Source: Candidatus Omnitrophota bacterium (lineage in GTDB: Bacteria; Omnitrophota; Gorgyraeia; 2-01-FULL-45-10). Taken from it: DNA of 64,000 nt. Below the pieces are notes generated by a model. That model did no database searches and was not told the DNA's origin. It saw only the letters and a program-made list of their open reading frames with translations. Shown here in pieces: positions 16,830-27,001 of this stretch; within the stretch, counting starts at the first letter, position 1; each line of letters opens with the position of its first letter. The DNA lies in contig JBAZKH010000007.1 of the NCBI GenBank assembly GCA_041650935.1, positions 41,471-105,470 of the forward strand, in the 5' to 3' direction. Position numbers and translations under genes: made by a program.

Positions 16830-18653
16830 ATGGCGAAGGTAGAGCAGGATGATATGCTTAAGAATAACTGGAAGGCCGCCGGGCGGAAGAGGCGCGGAGG
16901 GGTCCTAGTGCCGCTATTTTCCGTCTATTCCGGGAAGAGCGCCGGTATCGGTGATTTCCGGGATCTGCGCATACTTTCCGATTGGTGCGAAAAGACAGGG
17001 CTCTCTATCTTGCAGCTTCTCCCGATGAATGAAGTCGGCCCCACTTTTTGTCCTTATGATGCGATAAGTTCATTTGCGCTGGAGCCCATGTATATATCGC
17101 TCGACGACCTGCCCGGCGCCGCCGGCAGGTCCGCCAGGGCAAAGATAGACAAGCTTAAGAAGAAGTTTCCAACGGGCAGACGGCACGTCAATTATGGCAT
17201 AAAAGACGCCAAGCTCGCCTTGTTGCGGCAGATATATTCTACAGAAACCCTATCTGCCCGCGATTCAAAAGATTTCAATACATTCGTCTCCGCGAATTCC
17301 TGCTGGTTGGATGATTTTGCCCTGTTCAAGACCCTGAAGGCTTATCATGAGGGGAGGCCGTGGTATGAGTGGGCCGATCCTTACAAGACCCGCGATGCCG
17401 CGCGGTTGGAAGCTTTCATGGAAGATAATAGGGAGAAGATAGGGTTTGAAAAATGGCTGCAGTGGATAGCTTTCTCACAGTTCGGCTCGGCCAAAAAATA
17501 TGCCGCCTCGAAGAAGATCCTCATCTGCGGAGACTTGCCGATCCTTACCTCGAGGGATAGCGCCGATGTCTGGGCCCATACGGGATTTTTCAAACTCGAA
17601 TTCGCCGCGGGAGCGCCGCCGGATATGTATTGCGCCAAAGGCCAGAGATGGGGTATGCCCACATATAACTGGGATTGTATAGCCGGCGACGGTTATGGAT
17701 ATGTTAAAGAACGGCTGAAATATGCCGAAAATTTTTATAATATGATCAGGGTGGACCATGTGGTGGGGCTATTCCGTATCTGGAGCATACCTTATAACGA
17801 CCCGGCCCAAAACGAGGGTTTGAACGGATCCTTCGATCCTGCCGACGAGAATAGATGGTGGGACCATGGGCGGGGAATACTCTCTATCATGCTTGAAAAC
17901 ACATCCATGCTCTTTACGGCCGAGGATCTTGGTATGATCCCGAGGGCCTGTCCTGAGACTTTGAACGATTTTGGCATACCGGGTAACGATGTCCAGAGAT
18001 GGGTCAAGGACTGGTCGGGCACGCACGATTTTATTAGGCCGGAAGATTACAGGCAGTTTTCCGTCGCTATGCTCTCGACGCACGATACCACCAACTGGCC
18101 GGCATGGTGGGAGAATGAAGCGGGGACGGTCGATGAGGCGCTCTTTATACGCCGCACGCAGGGACGCGGTATAGACTATGAGAGCGCGAAGAAGAAACTA
18201 TTCGACTTGCGTCTTTCGCGGCACGGACGGCTCAGGTGGCGCAAAAGCGTAGTATCTGCCGATGTGCTGGCAAAAATACTCGGGAAAGATAAGAGCGAGA
18301 TCGGTGATTTTATCGATATGTATGAAAATACATATGGCGAAAAAGAGCGGTTGTGGAAATATCTCGGGCTCGGCGGCGCGATGAGAGAGCGGAGCGATAA
18401 ACAGATCGTGGAGCGGGCGCTTAATATAACGCTTGGCTCCAGATCCATATTCTGCATCGAGCTATTGATGGATTACCTGTATATGGCGGAGGTCTTCGTC
18501 GGGGACCCGTATCAGGCCCGTATAAATAAACCCGGTACGGTCAGTGAAGACAATTGGTCGCTCGTGATCCCTATTTCGCTCGACGATCTGCTGGATCATA
18601 AGATTGGGGGCAGGATAAAGGGTATGATGTCGGCTTCCGGCAGGACGGTATAA
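16830..18653 (+). CDS. malQ: 4-alpha-glucanotransferase (amylomaltase, GH77)
   Basis: GVLVPLFSVYS..GIGDFRDL..LQLLPMNE signature. Start reassigned to the ATG after the AGAGGGGG ribosome-binding site. Confidence 0.8.
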   Translation: MAKVEQDDMLKNNWKAAGRKRRGGVLVPLFSVYSGKSAGIGDFRDLRILSDWCEKTGLSILQLLPMNEVGPTFCPYDAISSFALEPMYISLDDLPGAAGRSARAKIDKLKKKFPTGRRHVNYGIKDAKLALLRQIYSTETLSARDSKDFNTFVSANSCWLDDFALFKTLKAYHEGRPWYEWADPYKTRDAARLEAFMEDNREKIGFEKWLQWIAFSQFGSAKKYAASKKILICGDLPILTSRDSADVWAHTGFFKLEFAAGAPPDMYCAKGQRWGMPTYNWDCIAGDGYGYVKERLKYAENFYNMIRVDHVVGLFRIWSIPYNDPAQNEGLNGSFDPADENRWWDHGRGILSIMLENTSMLFTAEDLGMIPRACPETLNDFGIPGNDVQRWVKDWSGTHDFIRPEDYRQFSVAMLSTHDTTNWPAWWENEAGTVDEALFIRRTQGRGIDYESAKKKLFDLRLSRHGRLRWRKSVVSADVLAKILGKDKSEIGDFIDMYENTYGEKERLWKYLGLGGAMRERSDKQIVERALNITLGSRSIFCIELLMDYLYMAEVFVGDPYQARINKPGTVSEDNWSLVIPISLDDLLDHKIGGRIKGMMSASGRTV

Positions 18654-18712
18654 TTTCCGGGCCGATTTTGAGCTTGCTTTCGTTTCTCGTTTAGGTTAAA
18701 ATAGTCAAAATC

Positions 18713-19375
18713 ATGCAAAAAATGGCAAGCAGTAATTTAGTGGTATTTTTTGACTTCGATAATACTATAACGACGATCGATGTGATCGATGATATGCTAG
18801 GGCGGTTTTCCGAAGATGAAAGATGGAAAGAGCTCGAGGGGAAGTGGCAGAGAGAAGAGATAGGTTCGCGCGAATGCCTTAAGGGCCAGGTCGAAGGCAT
18901 AAAGATAGCCAGGAAACGGTTCGATGACTACCTGGCGACGGTAAAGATAGACCCGTATTTCAAAAAACTGCTCAAGTTCTTAAAATCCCACGACATACCT
19001 GCCTTGATAGTAAGCGACAATTTCGAGTATATAATAAAGAGCATATTAAAGCGCAACGGCATATCCGGTATCGATATTTATTCCAACAGGATCAACTTTT
19101 CCGGCGGAAGGCTAAACCCGGATTTTCCATTTACCAATGAAGCATGCGGCGATTGCGCGAACTGCAAAAAAGAACGCGTACTTTCCACGCGGAAGGGCGG
19201 GGCGCTTGCCGTATATATAGGCGATGGAAGGTCGGATCTCTGCGCGGCGAGAGAATCGGATATCGTGTTTGCGAAAGATTATCTTAAAGATACCATGAAA
19301 AAAGAGCGGCGGCCGCATGTGCCCATAGACGGCCTTAAGGACGTCTATGATTATTTTCAAAAGGAAGGGATCTAG
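18713..19375 (+). CDS. HAD-IB phosphatase, MtnX (HK-MTPenyl-1-P phosphatase)-like
   Basis: FDFDNTIT (motif I), Cys cluster CGDCANCK and IGDGRSDLCAARESDIVFAKDYL align with B. subtilis MtnX. Confidence 0.55.
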   Translation: MQKMASSNLVVFFDFDNTITTIDVIDDMLGRFSEDERWKELEGKWQREEIGSRECLKGQVEGIKIARKRFDDYLATVKIDPYFKKLLKFLKSHDIPALIVSDNFEYIIKSILKRNGISGIDIYSNRINFSGGRLNPDFPFTNEACGDCANCKKERVLSTRKGGALAVYIGDGRSDLCAARESDIVFAKDYLKDTMKKERRPHVPIDGLKDVYDYFQKEGI

Positions 19376-19377
19376 CG

Positions 19378-20793
19378 ATGAGCGAAGTTCAGAGATCAGG
19401 CGTTCTTAACGGCAAAAAAACAATGTCCGATGAAGAACTTTTGAAGCTTGAGGCAAAATACTGTTCATGGGGCGATACTGTCCACTATGTAGAGCGGCCG
19501 AATATTTTTTCCGAGTGCCGCGGCAGCTGCCTGTACGACAGGGCCGGGACGGAGTTTCTAGACCTGCAGATGTGGTATTCCGCCTGCAATTTCGGATACA
19601 ATAACGAACGCATAAATAATGCCTTAAAAAGACAGATCGGCAGGCTCCCGCAGTTGGCCTGCCAGTATCTTCACGAGGAGAAGATACGGCTTGCGGCGGC
19701 GCTGGCCGGGAGGATGGAGAGGACGCACGAGGAGAAGGGAAGGATACATTTCAATGTCGGCGGTTCGCAGTCGCTCGAAGATTCTCTGAAACTGGTCAGA
19801 AAAAATAGCGGTAAGTCGCTTATGTTTGCTTTCATGGGCGGATATCATGGCAGGACGCTGGGCGCCTCAGCCATAACATCCAGTTACCGCTACAGGGAAC
19901 ATTACGGCCATTTCGGCGAAAGGGCGTTCTTTGTGCCGTTCCCGTATTGTTTCAGGTGCTTCTACGGCAAGAAGAGGGACTCGTGCTCCATGTACTGCCT
20001 GAAACAATTCGAAAAACTCTTCGAATCGGAATATTACGGCGTTGTCGATAAAAAGACGAATGCGTGCGAATTTGCCGCTTTTTATGTCGAGGCGGTCCAG
20101 GGGACGGGCGGTTACCAGATAGCGCCGCGTGACTATTTCGTGGAGCTCAAAAAGATCCTGGATAGATATAATATACTCATGGTGGACGATGAGATACAGA
20201 TGGGCTTTTACCGGACGGGTAAATTCTGGGCGATCGAAAATTTCGATGTTACGCCCGATATAATAGTATTCGGCAAGGCGCTTACTAACGGCATGAACCC
20301 CATTGCCGGTATCTGGGCGAAGGAGCGGCTGATATCGCCCAAGGTCTTCGGGCCGGGCTCTACCCATTCCACATTCTCCTCGAATCCTCAGGGAACGGCC
20401 ATCGGCTTGGAGGTTATGAAGCTGATCGAGGAATCCGATTTCGAAACGGAAGTGCCCAGGAAGGGCAAGTATTTCGTTTCGCGCTTGAAAAGTCTGCAGA
20501 AGAAATATCCGCAGATCGGAGATGTGGACGGGCTCGGTATGGCACTGCGGGTCGAGATGTGCGAGAAGGACGGTTTTACTCCCAGCAAACGGCTCGCGGA
20601 TACGATGGAAGAGATAGGGCTGTCGGGTAACCTTACCGCCGGAGGGAAGAAACGCGGGCTGGTTCTCGACATCGGCGGGTATTACAAGAACGTCTTTACG
20701 ATGGCGCCCTCGTTCTACATTACGAAAGACGAGATAGATTTAGGCGTCGACCTCTTCGAAGAGGCGCTTGTAAAAGCACTGAAAAAAAATTAA
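19378..20793 (+). CDS. class III PLP-dependent aminotransferase
   Basis: VDDEIQMGFYRTGKFWA..FGKALTNG (Schiff-base Lys region). Confidence 0.75.
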   Translation: MSEVQRSGVLNGKKTMSDEELLKLEAKYCSWGDTVHYVERPNIFSECRGSCLYDRAGTEFLDLQMWYSACNFGYNNERINNALKRQIGRLPQLACQYLHEEKIRLAAALAGRMERTHEEKGRIHFNVGGSQSLEDSLKLVRKNSGKSLMFAFMGGYHGRTLGASAITSSYRYREHYGHFGERAFFVPFPYCFRCFYGKKRDSCSMYCLKQFEKLFESEYYGVVDKKTNACEFAAFYVEAVQGTGGYQIAPRDYFVELKKILDRYNILMVDDEIQMGFYRTGKFWAIENFDVTPDIIVFGKALTNGMNPIAGIWAKERLISPKVFGPGSTHSTFSSNPQGTAIGLEVMKLIEESDFETEVPRKGKYFVSRLKSLQKKYPQIGDVDGLGMALRVEMCEKDGFTPSKRLADTMEEIGLSGNLTAGGKKRGLVLDIGGYYKNVFTMAPSFYITKDEIDLGVDLFEEALVKALKKN

Positions 20794-22110
20794 ATGCTCG
20801 CCAATATTCTAAATAGAGCCATAGACGCTATCCCGCCGAAGATCTCGGCCGGGCTTCTTAGGATGACCCCGAGGCCGGTCTTTGACTGGAAACGCGGCCT
20901 TTCTTTCCGCAGTTTTGTCAATTATGCCTATAAAAATTCTAAATTTTATAAGGATAGGTTCGATTCTCTCGGAATAGACCCGCGCAAGGTCCGCTCTCCT
21001 GCCGACCTGAAGGATTTTTACACGACCGCCGAAGACATCGTAAATCACGCCGAAGATATGCTCTGCGGCAGGCCGCATATGGTATTCGAATCATCCGGTA
21101 CGACCGGAAGGAACAAACGCATCTATATGTCGCAGGAAGATCTCGATCATTCAGGCTCGCTCGACAGGGTGGGTTTTTCGCTATGGGGCGTCGAACCTGA
21201 GGATAGAGTGGTGAACGCTTTCGACTTTTCCATATGGATCCCGGGACACCTGACCCAGAGGGGATTGGAGCGGTCGAGGTTATTCACTCTTGCCGCGGGT
21301 AAATCCGATCCGATGGAGGTATATAAACGTATTCCCATATATAACATAAATGTTATCTTTGGCGAACCGACCTGGCTCATTAAGCTGACCGAGATAGCGG
21401 AAGAGAAGGGCAGTTACCCGCTGAAACTTTTGATCGGCGGGGCGGAAAATATGCCGGAAGCGGCAAGGCCATGGATGGAGAAGGTCTGGCGGGGCGCCAA
21501 AGTCAGGATGGTCTATGCATCGGTCGAGTGCGGCGGGGTTCTCGGGTGCGAAGTTGAGCCCGAATGCGACGGTTACCATGTCGACGAAGGGGATTATTAT
21601 ATAGAGATAGCGAACCCGGATAAAGACGGGTACGGTGAAGTGGTCTTTACGACGCTCGGCCGCAGTGTTATGCCGCTCATAAGGTATCGCACTAAAGATT
21701 CGAGCAGAATAATCGAGGCGGCATGCCCGTGCGGCGTGCGTTACAGAAGGCTAGCTAAATTGCGCGGCCGGACGGACGAGATGGTAGTTTCGGCCGGAGG
21801 CAACCTCTATCCGCTGATGTTCGAGGAGATATTAAAAGACGTCGAAGGCATAACGAGCGATTGGCAGATGGTCTTCAAGCTGCGCGGTCTGAAAGAGGTT
21901 ATGGAATTTAACCTTGAATTAAAAGATGGCGCGTCGAAGGATAATGTCCGGGAGAACGTTCTTTCCAAAATAAAAGAGCGCTATCCGGATATGTGGAAGA
22001 ATTATTCGATATCGATCTTCGAGACCGAATTCATATATCATCCTGCCGGCGCGCTTCGGGGCACGGCCAGGAAATTATTGCGCCTTTCCGATAAGCGTTA
22101 TACCAAATAA
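20794..22110 (+). CDS. adenylate-forming enzyme, PaaK/CapK/F390-synthetase-like
   Basis: ESSGTTGRNKRIY (A3 P-loop). About 430 aa, as for the PaaK family. Start abuts the aminotransferase stop. Confidence 0.6.
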   Translation: MLANILNRAIDAIPPKISAGLLRMTPRPVFDWKRGLSFRSFVNYAYKNSKFYKDRFDSLGIDPRKVRSPADLKDFYTTAEDIVNHAEDMLCGRPHMVFESSGTTGRNKRIYMSQEDLDHSGSLDRVGFSLWGVEPEDRVVNAFDFSIWIPGHLTQRGLERSRLFTLAAGKSDPMEVYKRIPIYNINVIFGEPTWLIKLTEIAEEKGSYPLKLLIGGAENMPEAARPWMEKVWRGAKVRMVYASVECGGVLGCEVEPECDGYHVDEGDYYIEIANPDKDGYGEVVFTTLGRSVMPLIRYRTKDSSRIIEAACPCGVRYRRLAKLRGRTDEMVVSAGGNLYPLMFEEILKDVEGITSDWQMVFKLRGLKEVMEFNLELKDGASKDNVRENVLSKIKERYPDMWKNYSISIFETEFIYHPAGALRGTARKLLRLSDKRYTK

Positions 22111-23211
22111 CTAAAGTTTTAATAGCCTGGCGGTCCCGTTCAGAAGAAGATTCAGCAGTATGTTGCGGTGCCTGCCGTATGCGTAAAGATCCACGGTCTT
22201 CCCACCCAGCCCTATCTTTGGCCCGTAGTCCGTCTGTCCCACTTGATAACGCCTGATAGAGTTCTTCAGGCACCATTCAATATTATGGTACCAGCTTACA
22301 AAATACAGGTTATGCTTAAAAGACAGGTCGTAGTCGAAGCCTATGAATTTATCTATAAATAAGTCGTTATAAATAAAACATAAATTAAAAGCGGCAAGCC
22401 TGTTGTCTACATAATACAGGAAAAACCTGGCATTTGGTCCCAGGTTTTTTATTATGCGGGCGAAGAATTCTTTTGTCAGCCGCTCGAACTTGACAGTGCC
22501 GGCATTATACGTGTTCAGATAGAGTTCATATATCCTGTCGATCGAACCGTCGATATTATCCGCTACGTCTATTCGTATATTGTTTGAGACGTTCGATCTA
22601 TTCAGTTTGCGCCTGAGGTCTTTCCTTGTCGATCGGCCGAGAAGTTTAAGGTAGCCGTCCATGGAATCGAAGGCTATATCAATAGTGACGGAGGGGAGGC
22701 TCCTTATCTTAAAGAAGCCGTTTCTCTTCAGGCGGTCCAGCGTATCCGTATCCTGCGAAAGAAAATCTTTGAATATGACCAGACCCACCCGTTTTTTTCT
22801 GGAAAGTCTCGTCATGGTCTTCGAAAGCCTCAGCGCTAGCGCTTCCTTTTCTGTCTTCGCCAGGCCTTCTCTTATGCCTATCCTGCCGTTTTCGCCGCAC
22901 GGAGAGCCGCAAAAGAGAGCCTTAACCATAAGAAAGCGCGGAGCGCGTTTACGGATGGATTTTATGATCTTTGAAAGCGGGCCGTCGATCGCTATATCGA
23001 GGTTGATCTCTGCTATAAATACAGGGGCTATCAGGAGAGTCCTTTTATCGCGATGGAATATTATGTAGAAAAAACAAAACTGTTCCAGACCGGACTCCTC
23101 GAGCGTCCTGTAAAAATCGTATCCCTCGGGAAGATCGCCAAAGACGGCGTTCCATTCGGATTTGTTGATATCTTTTATGGATGTGAGTACCCTCTTTCTT
23201 ATAACGCCCAT
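22111..23211 (-). CDS. FemAB-like / BioF2-like GNAT-fold acyltransferase
   Basis: Length and pattern fit PF13480-type proteins. Start chosen at MGVIRKRV. Confidence 0.5.
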   Translation of the reverse strand: MGVIRKRVLTSIKDINKSEWNAVFGDLPEGYDFYRTLEESGLEQFCFFYIIFHRDKRTLLIAPVFIAEINLDIAIDGPLSKIIKSIRKRAPRFLMVKALFCGSPCGENGRIGIREGLAKTEKEALALRLSKTMTRLSRKKRVGLVIFKDFLSQDTDTLDRLKRNGFFKIRSLPSVTIDIAFDSMDGYLKLLGRSTRKDLRRKLNRSNVSNNIRIDVADNIDGSIDRIYELYLNTYNAGTVKFERLTKEFFARIIKNLGPNARFFLYYVDNRLAAFNLCFIYNDLFIDKFIGFDYDLSFKHNLYFVSWYHNIEWCLKNSIRRYQVGQTDYGPKIGLGGKTVDLYAYGRHRNILLNLLLNGTARLLKL

Positions 23212-23323
23212 GATGGACCCGATTTTACCATAAAAACCGGTTTTTTGCCATTGGTCCTTCGGCAAAGTTCATGATCAACCCCTTGCAAATCCCGGCATCT
23301 TAATCCGTCGATTCGTATAGGAG

Positions 23324-23352
23324 TTGACTTGGGCTAACTTTTGAGGTATACT
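23324..23352 (+). promoter_or_regulatory. sigma70-like promoter (TTGACT n17 TATACT)
   Basis: Canonical spacing. It lies 39 nt upstream of the TpsB-like ATG. Confidence 0.4.
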
Positions 23353-23390
23353 TTTGAAAACTTCAATAGAACCGTAGCGCAGTCGAGGTC

Positions 23391-25136
23391 ATGAACTTGT
23401 ATCCAAAGAAATCGATAGTGAAATACATAATCCTTCCGGCAATCCTTTTTGTCTTTATTTTCCCCGCTAAAGTTTCGGCCCAGAATTTACCTCCCGGCCA
23501 GGACACCGAGGCGAGCGCGGGCCGGTTCGTCGAACAGGTCGAACGCAAAAAGGCCGAGCTGCAGACTAAAAAAGTAAAAGCTCCCGAAATAGAGGTCGAA
23601 GAGCAGAAGAAGGAGGCGCCGCCTGTTTCCGGCGCTACATTCGTTCTTAGGGATGTCAAGATAGCCGGATTGACTATCTTCAAGCCGGAAGATTTCTCCG
23701 ACGCATACCGGAAATATATCGATAAAGAAATTACTTTCAAAGACGTAAACGATATAGTCGAAGCTATCAAGGCGAAGTATAAAGAGGGGGGCTTCCTTAC
23801 CACCAACGTCTACATCCCCGAACAGCAGATAATGGGGGGCGTAGTCGAGATAAGGGTGGTAGAAGGCAAGATGGGGAAGCTGTTGATAGAGGGTAACAAG
23901 TGGTTCACTAAAGCCATAGTAGAGAAGTATTTCCACACAAAAAAAAATGAAATTTTGAACATAAAAAAACTCCAGAGGGATCTTCTCAGGCTTAACCAGA
24001 ACCCCGATCTCGAAGTTAAGACCGTTATAGCGGCCGGCGAAGAACCTCAGACCTCCGATATAGTCCTGAAAGTCAAAGATAAATTTCCTTACCATGTCGG
24101 TACCGCGGTTGATAACCAGGGCACGCGGTTATCGGGTAAGTACAGGGCGTCGGTCTCCGGGCGCAGCACAAATCTCACCGCGAATAACGATTTCATGTTT
24201 TTTAACTCGGTAATGTCCGCGGATTCCACAGGTGACTTCGTGACCTATGTCGTCCCTATGGATACGTACGGCACTAAATTCGGTTTCGACTTCTCATACT
24301 TTACTTCTAAAGTCGGCAGGGAGTTCAGGGGCTTCGATATAGCAGGTAATAGCTGGTACTACATTCCGCACGTTACGGGCGAAATATATCTTACGGAGAA
24401 TATGCAGATATCGGCCGATGCCGGCATTAGGATAGAGTCGATCAAAAAATTTGCGCATGCCGATATTACTGTCGATGACCAGTTGCGTCTCCCGTATTTC
24501 AAGCTGGACGTATCGCGGACTGATGCTTTCTTCGGCGGAGGGCAGACGAGTTTTTCTCCGGAATTTAGTTTTGGAACCGCCAAGTTTTTGGGAGCTTCAA
24601 CCGAAGATCATGCGAAAGCCTCCAGAGCCGGTACCGGCGGGTACTTTTTTAAGTATAGTCATTCCATACGGCGCGTACAAAGAATGATGTGGGAAAGCTA
24701 TATGCTTGTACGCCACCAGTTCCAGGGGACGACCCATACACTGCCGTCGTCGGAACAATTCCAGCTGGGCGGTGAAAGCAGTATAAGGGGTTATCCCGAA
24801 GGCGATTATCTTGCGGATATCGGAGCAAGTATCAGCGCGGATTGGATATTCCCGATGTACTGGATACCCAAGGAGTATAAGCTGCCGTATTCCGACACCC
24901 CGCTAAGGAACCAGATAGAGCCGGTCATATTTGTGGATATGGGCGGAGGAAAGATAGAGAGAAAACTGGTCGGCGAAAAAGGCTATAAGTTTCTTATGGG
25001 TGCAGGCGGGGGTGTGAGGATAAACCTGTACAATAAGTTCAGCGCAAGGATCGAATTTGCCCAGGCCATAGGCGCCCATCCGACGGCAAATTCCGGGCCG
25101 TCAACCTTCCATATATCCATTAATTTCGAAATGTAA
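23391..25136 (+). CDS. ShlB/FhaC/HecB-family outer-membrane transporter (TpsB; POTRA + beta-barrel)
   Basis: Signal peptide, POTRA region and C-terminal barrel ending in F. No TpsA partner is visible. Confidence 0.55.
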   Translation: MNLYPKKSIVKYIILPAILFVFIFPAKVSAQNLPPGQDTEASAGRFVEQVERKKAELQTKKVKAPEIEVEEQKKEAPPVSGATFVLRDVKIAGLTIFKPEDFSDAYRKYIDKEITFKDVNDIVEAIKAKYKEGGFLTTNVYIPEQQIMGGVVEIRVVEGKMGKLLIEGNKWFTKAIVEKYFHTKKNEILNIKKLQRDLLRLNQNPDLEVKTVIAAGEEPQTSDIVLKVKDKFPYHVGTAVDNQGTRLSGKYRASVSGRSTNLTANNDFMFFNSVMSADSTGDFVTYVVPMDTYGTKFGFDFSYFTSKVGREFRGFDIAGNSWYYIPHVTGEIYLTENMQISADAGIRIESIKKFAHADITVDDQLRLPYFKLDVSRTDAFFGGGQTSFSPEFSFGTAKFLGASTEDHAKASRAGTGGYFFKYSHSIRRVQRMMWESYMLVRHQFQGTTHTLPSSEQFQLGGESSIRGYPEGDYLADIGASISADWIFPMYWIPKEYKLPYSDTPLRNQIEPVIFVDMGGGKIERKLVGEKGYKFLMGAGGGVRINLYNKFSARIEFAQAIGAHPTANSGPSTFHISINFEM

Positions 25137-25173
25137 CCCGCGCTGCTTTTCCCAGGCGCATTATTTCATGTCC

Positions 25174-25215
25174 AGTGAAGCTCCACCGCCTTATTAGCGG
25201 CGGCTTCTTTTTTTA
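25174..25215. repeat. palindromic terminator-like element, copy 1
   Basis: AGTGAAGCTCCACCGCCTTATTAGCGGCGGCTTCTTTTTTTA. Its reverse complement recurs at 34513-34554 with 1 mismatch. Confidence 0.6.
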
Positions 25216-25346
25216 CAGGGTTTCTCTCTTTCGGCTGCGCGAAACCCTGAACCGAAAGCCATTCTCACCACGTCTTTACAGGCATGGCTTTCTGGTTCAT
25301 GGGTAAAACTTATTACGCTGCCATATCCGTGAATAGATCGATTTGT

Positions 25347-25364
25347 TTCCACCCCGGGGTGGAA
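25347..25364. repeat. 18-bp perfect palindrome TTCCACCCCGGGGTGGAA
   Basis: An identical copy sits inside comEC at 50737-50754. Confidence 0.7.
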
Positions 25365-25447
25365 TAACACCGAAAAAATACTGAGGAATGATGTTGCAAA
25401 GTATATTTTATTTCCATATAATAAAATCAAAATAAGGCGATATATAT

Positions 25448-27001
25448 ATGGCTAAGAAGAGGCAGTCGTGGGGGACGAGGCTCGGTGTCATAATGGCCGT
25501 TGCCGGCAGCGCGGTAGGACTTGGTAATTTTTTGAGATTTCCGGTCCAGGCCGCCTCGAACGGCGGCGGGGCATTCATGATCCCGTATTTTATCTCGCTC
25601 TTTCTGCTGGGGATACCGCTCATGTGGGTAGAATGGACCCTGGGCAGATATGGAGGCGGATTCGGGCATGGCACAGCGCCCGGCATATTCCATACGATGT
25701 GGCAGAAGAATAGGTTCATAAAATACTTCGGCGTCATAGGGATATTCGGCCCGCTTGTAATTTTCATCTACTACACATATATCGAATCCTGGACGCTGGC
25801 CTACAGTTTTTTTGCCATTACCGGAAAGTACGCGCAAGCCTCTACCCAGGACTCGATGCAATCTTTCTTAAGGGCGTTCCAGGGGCTGGAGCGGAACGGA
25901 TACTTCTCGTCTTTAGGCCCCGCGTATATATTTTTTCTTGTTACTTTCGCGGCCAATATAGCCGTTATATATTACGGCATAAAAGGCGGCGTAGAAAAAT
26001 TATGCAAAATAGCGATGCCGCTGCTATTTTTCTTCGGCATCCTTCTTACCATACGCGTCTTTTCTTTCGGCGCGCCCGACCCATCGAAACCGTCCTGGAA
26101 CCTTATTAACGGCCTGGGTTTCTTATGGAATCCGGATTTCAGCGCTCTTATGAGCGCTAAAGTATGGCTTGCCGCGGCAGGCCAGATACTCTTTACGCTG
26201 AGCGTCGGTATCGGTGTCATACTTACCTACGCCAGCTATCTATCAAAGGGCGACGATGTTGTCCTATCCGGACTTTCGGCCGCGAGCATGAATGAATTTG
26301 CCGAGGTTATAATAGGCGGATCGATAATCATACCGGCGGCCTTCGTCTTCTTCGGCCCGGATCAGATATGCTCGATTGCAAAGAGCGGCGCTTTCAATCT
26401 CGGCTTTGTTACGATGCCGCTCGTATTCGAGAAGATTGTGATGGGCGCCTTCTTCGGCTGTATATGGTTCCTCCTGCTCTTTCTCGCGGGTATAACATCA
26501 TCGATATCTTTGGCGCAGCCGGCCATAGCGTTCCTCGAGGACGAGTTTAATATCGACCGGAAGAGGGCGGTCGCGATATTCGGCATAGCCGCTTTCATAC
26601 TGTGCCAGCCCGCGATCTTCTTATTGGCCAGGGGCGTTGTGAACGAGCTCGACTTCTGGGGAGGGACTTTCTGTCTGGTCGTATTTGCCACCATTGAGAT
26701 AATACTCTTTGCCTGGGTCTTCGGGATGGAGAATGCCTGGAAAGAGATACATCATGGCGCGGATATGCCCGTTCCGGGAATCTATAAATTTATAATAAAA
26801 TATATAACACCTCTCTTCCTGTTTTTTGTACTCGGATACTGGCTTTACCAGGACGGCATACCGACCATATTGATGAAGGGCGTTTCGGCTGCTGACAAAC
26901 CGTTTGTCATGGGTACCAGGATATTTTTGCTGGCCATATTCATGCTTTTAGCGATTATGGTAAAGATGGCCTGGCATAAAAAAAGGAGCATGAAGAGATG
27001 A
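25448..27001 (+). CDS. NSS-family (LeuT/MetP-like) sodium-dependent amino-acid transporter
   Basis: GLGNFLRFPVQAASNGGGAFMIPY signature nearly identical to LeuT. Confidence 0.85.
   Translation: MAKKRQSWGTRLGVIMAVAGSAVGLGNFLRFPVQAASNGGGAFMIPYFISLFLLGIPLMWVEWTLGRYGGGFGHGTAPGIFHTMWQKNRFIKYFGVIGIFGPLVIFIYYTYIESWTLAYSFFAITGKYAQASTQDSMQSFLRAFQGLERNGYFSSLGPAYIFFLVTFAANIAVIYYGIKGGVEKLCKIAMPLLFFFGILLTIRVFSFGAPDPSKPSWNLINGLGFLWNPDFSALMSAKVWLAAAGQILFTLSVGIGVILTYASYLSKGDDVVLSGLSAASMNEFAEVIIGGSIIIPAAFVFFGPDQICSIAKSGAFNLGFVTMPLVFEKIVMGAFFGCIWFLLLFLAGITSSISLAQPAIAFLEDEFNIDRKRAVAIFGIAAFILCQPAIFLLARGVVNELDFWGGTFCLVVFATIEIILFAWVFGMENAWKEIHHGADMPVPGIYKFIIKYITPLFLFFVLGYWLYQDGIPTILMKGVSAADKPFVMGTRIFLLAIFMLLAIMVKMAWHKKRSMKR

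Noticed and set aside
25137-25447. T-box or amino-acid riboswitch upstream of the NSS transporter
   Set aside because: No T-box (AATTAGGGTGGNACCGCG) or recognisable riboswitch core. Only generic hairpins and the 18-bp palindrome.
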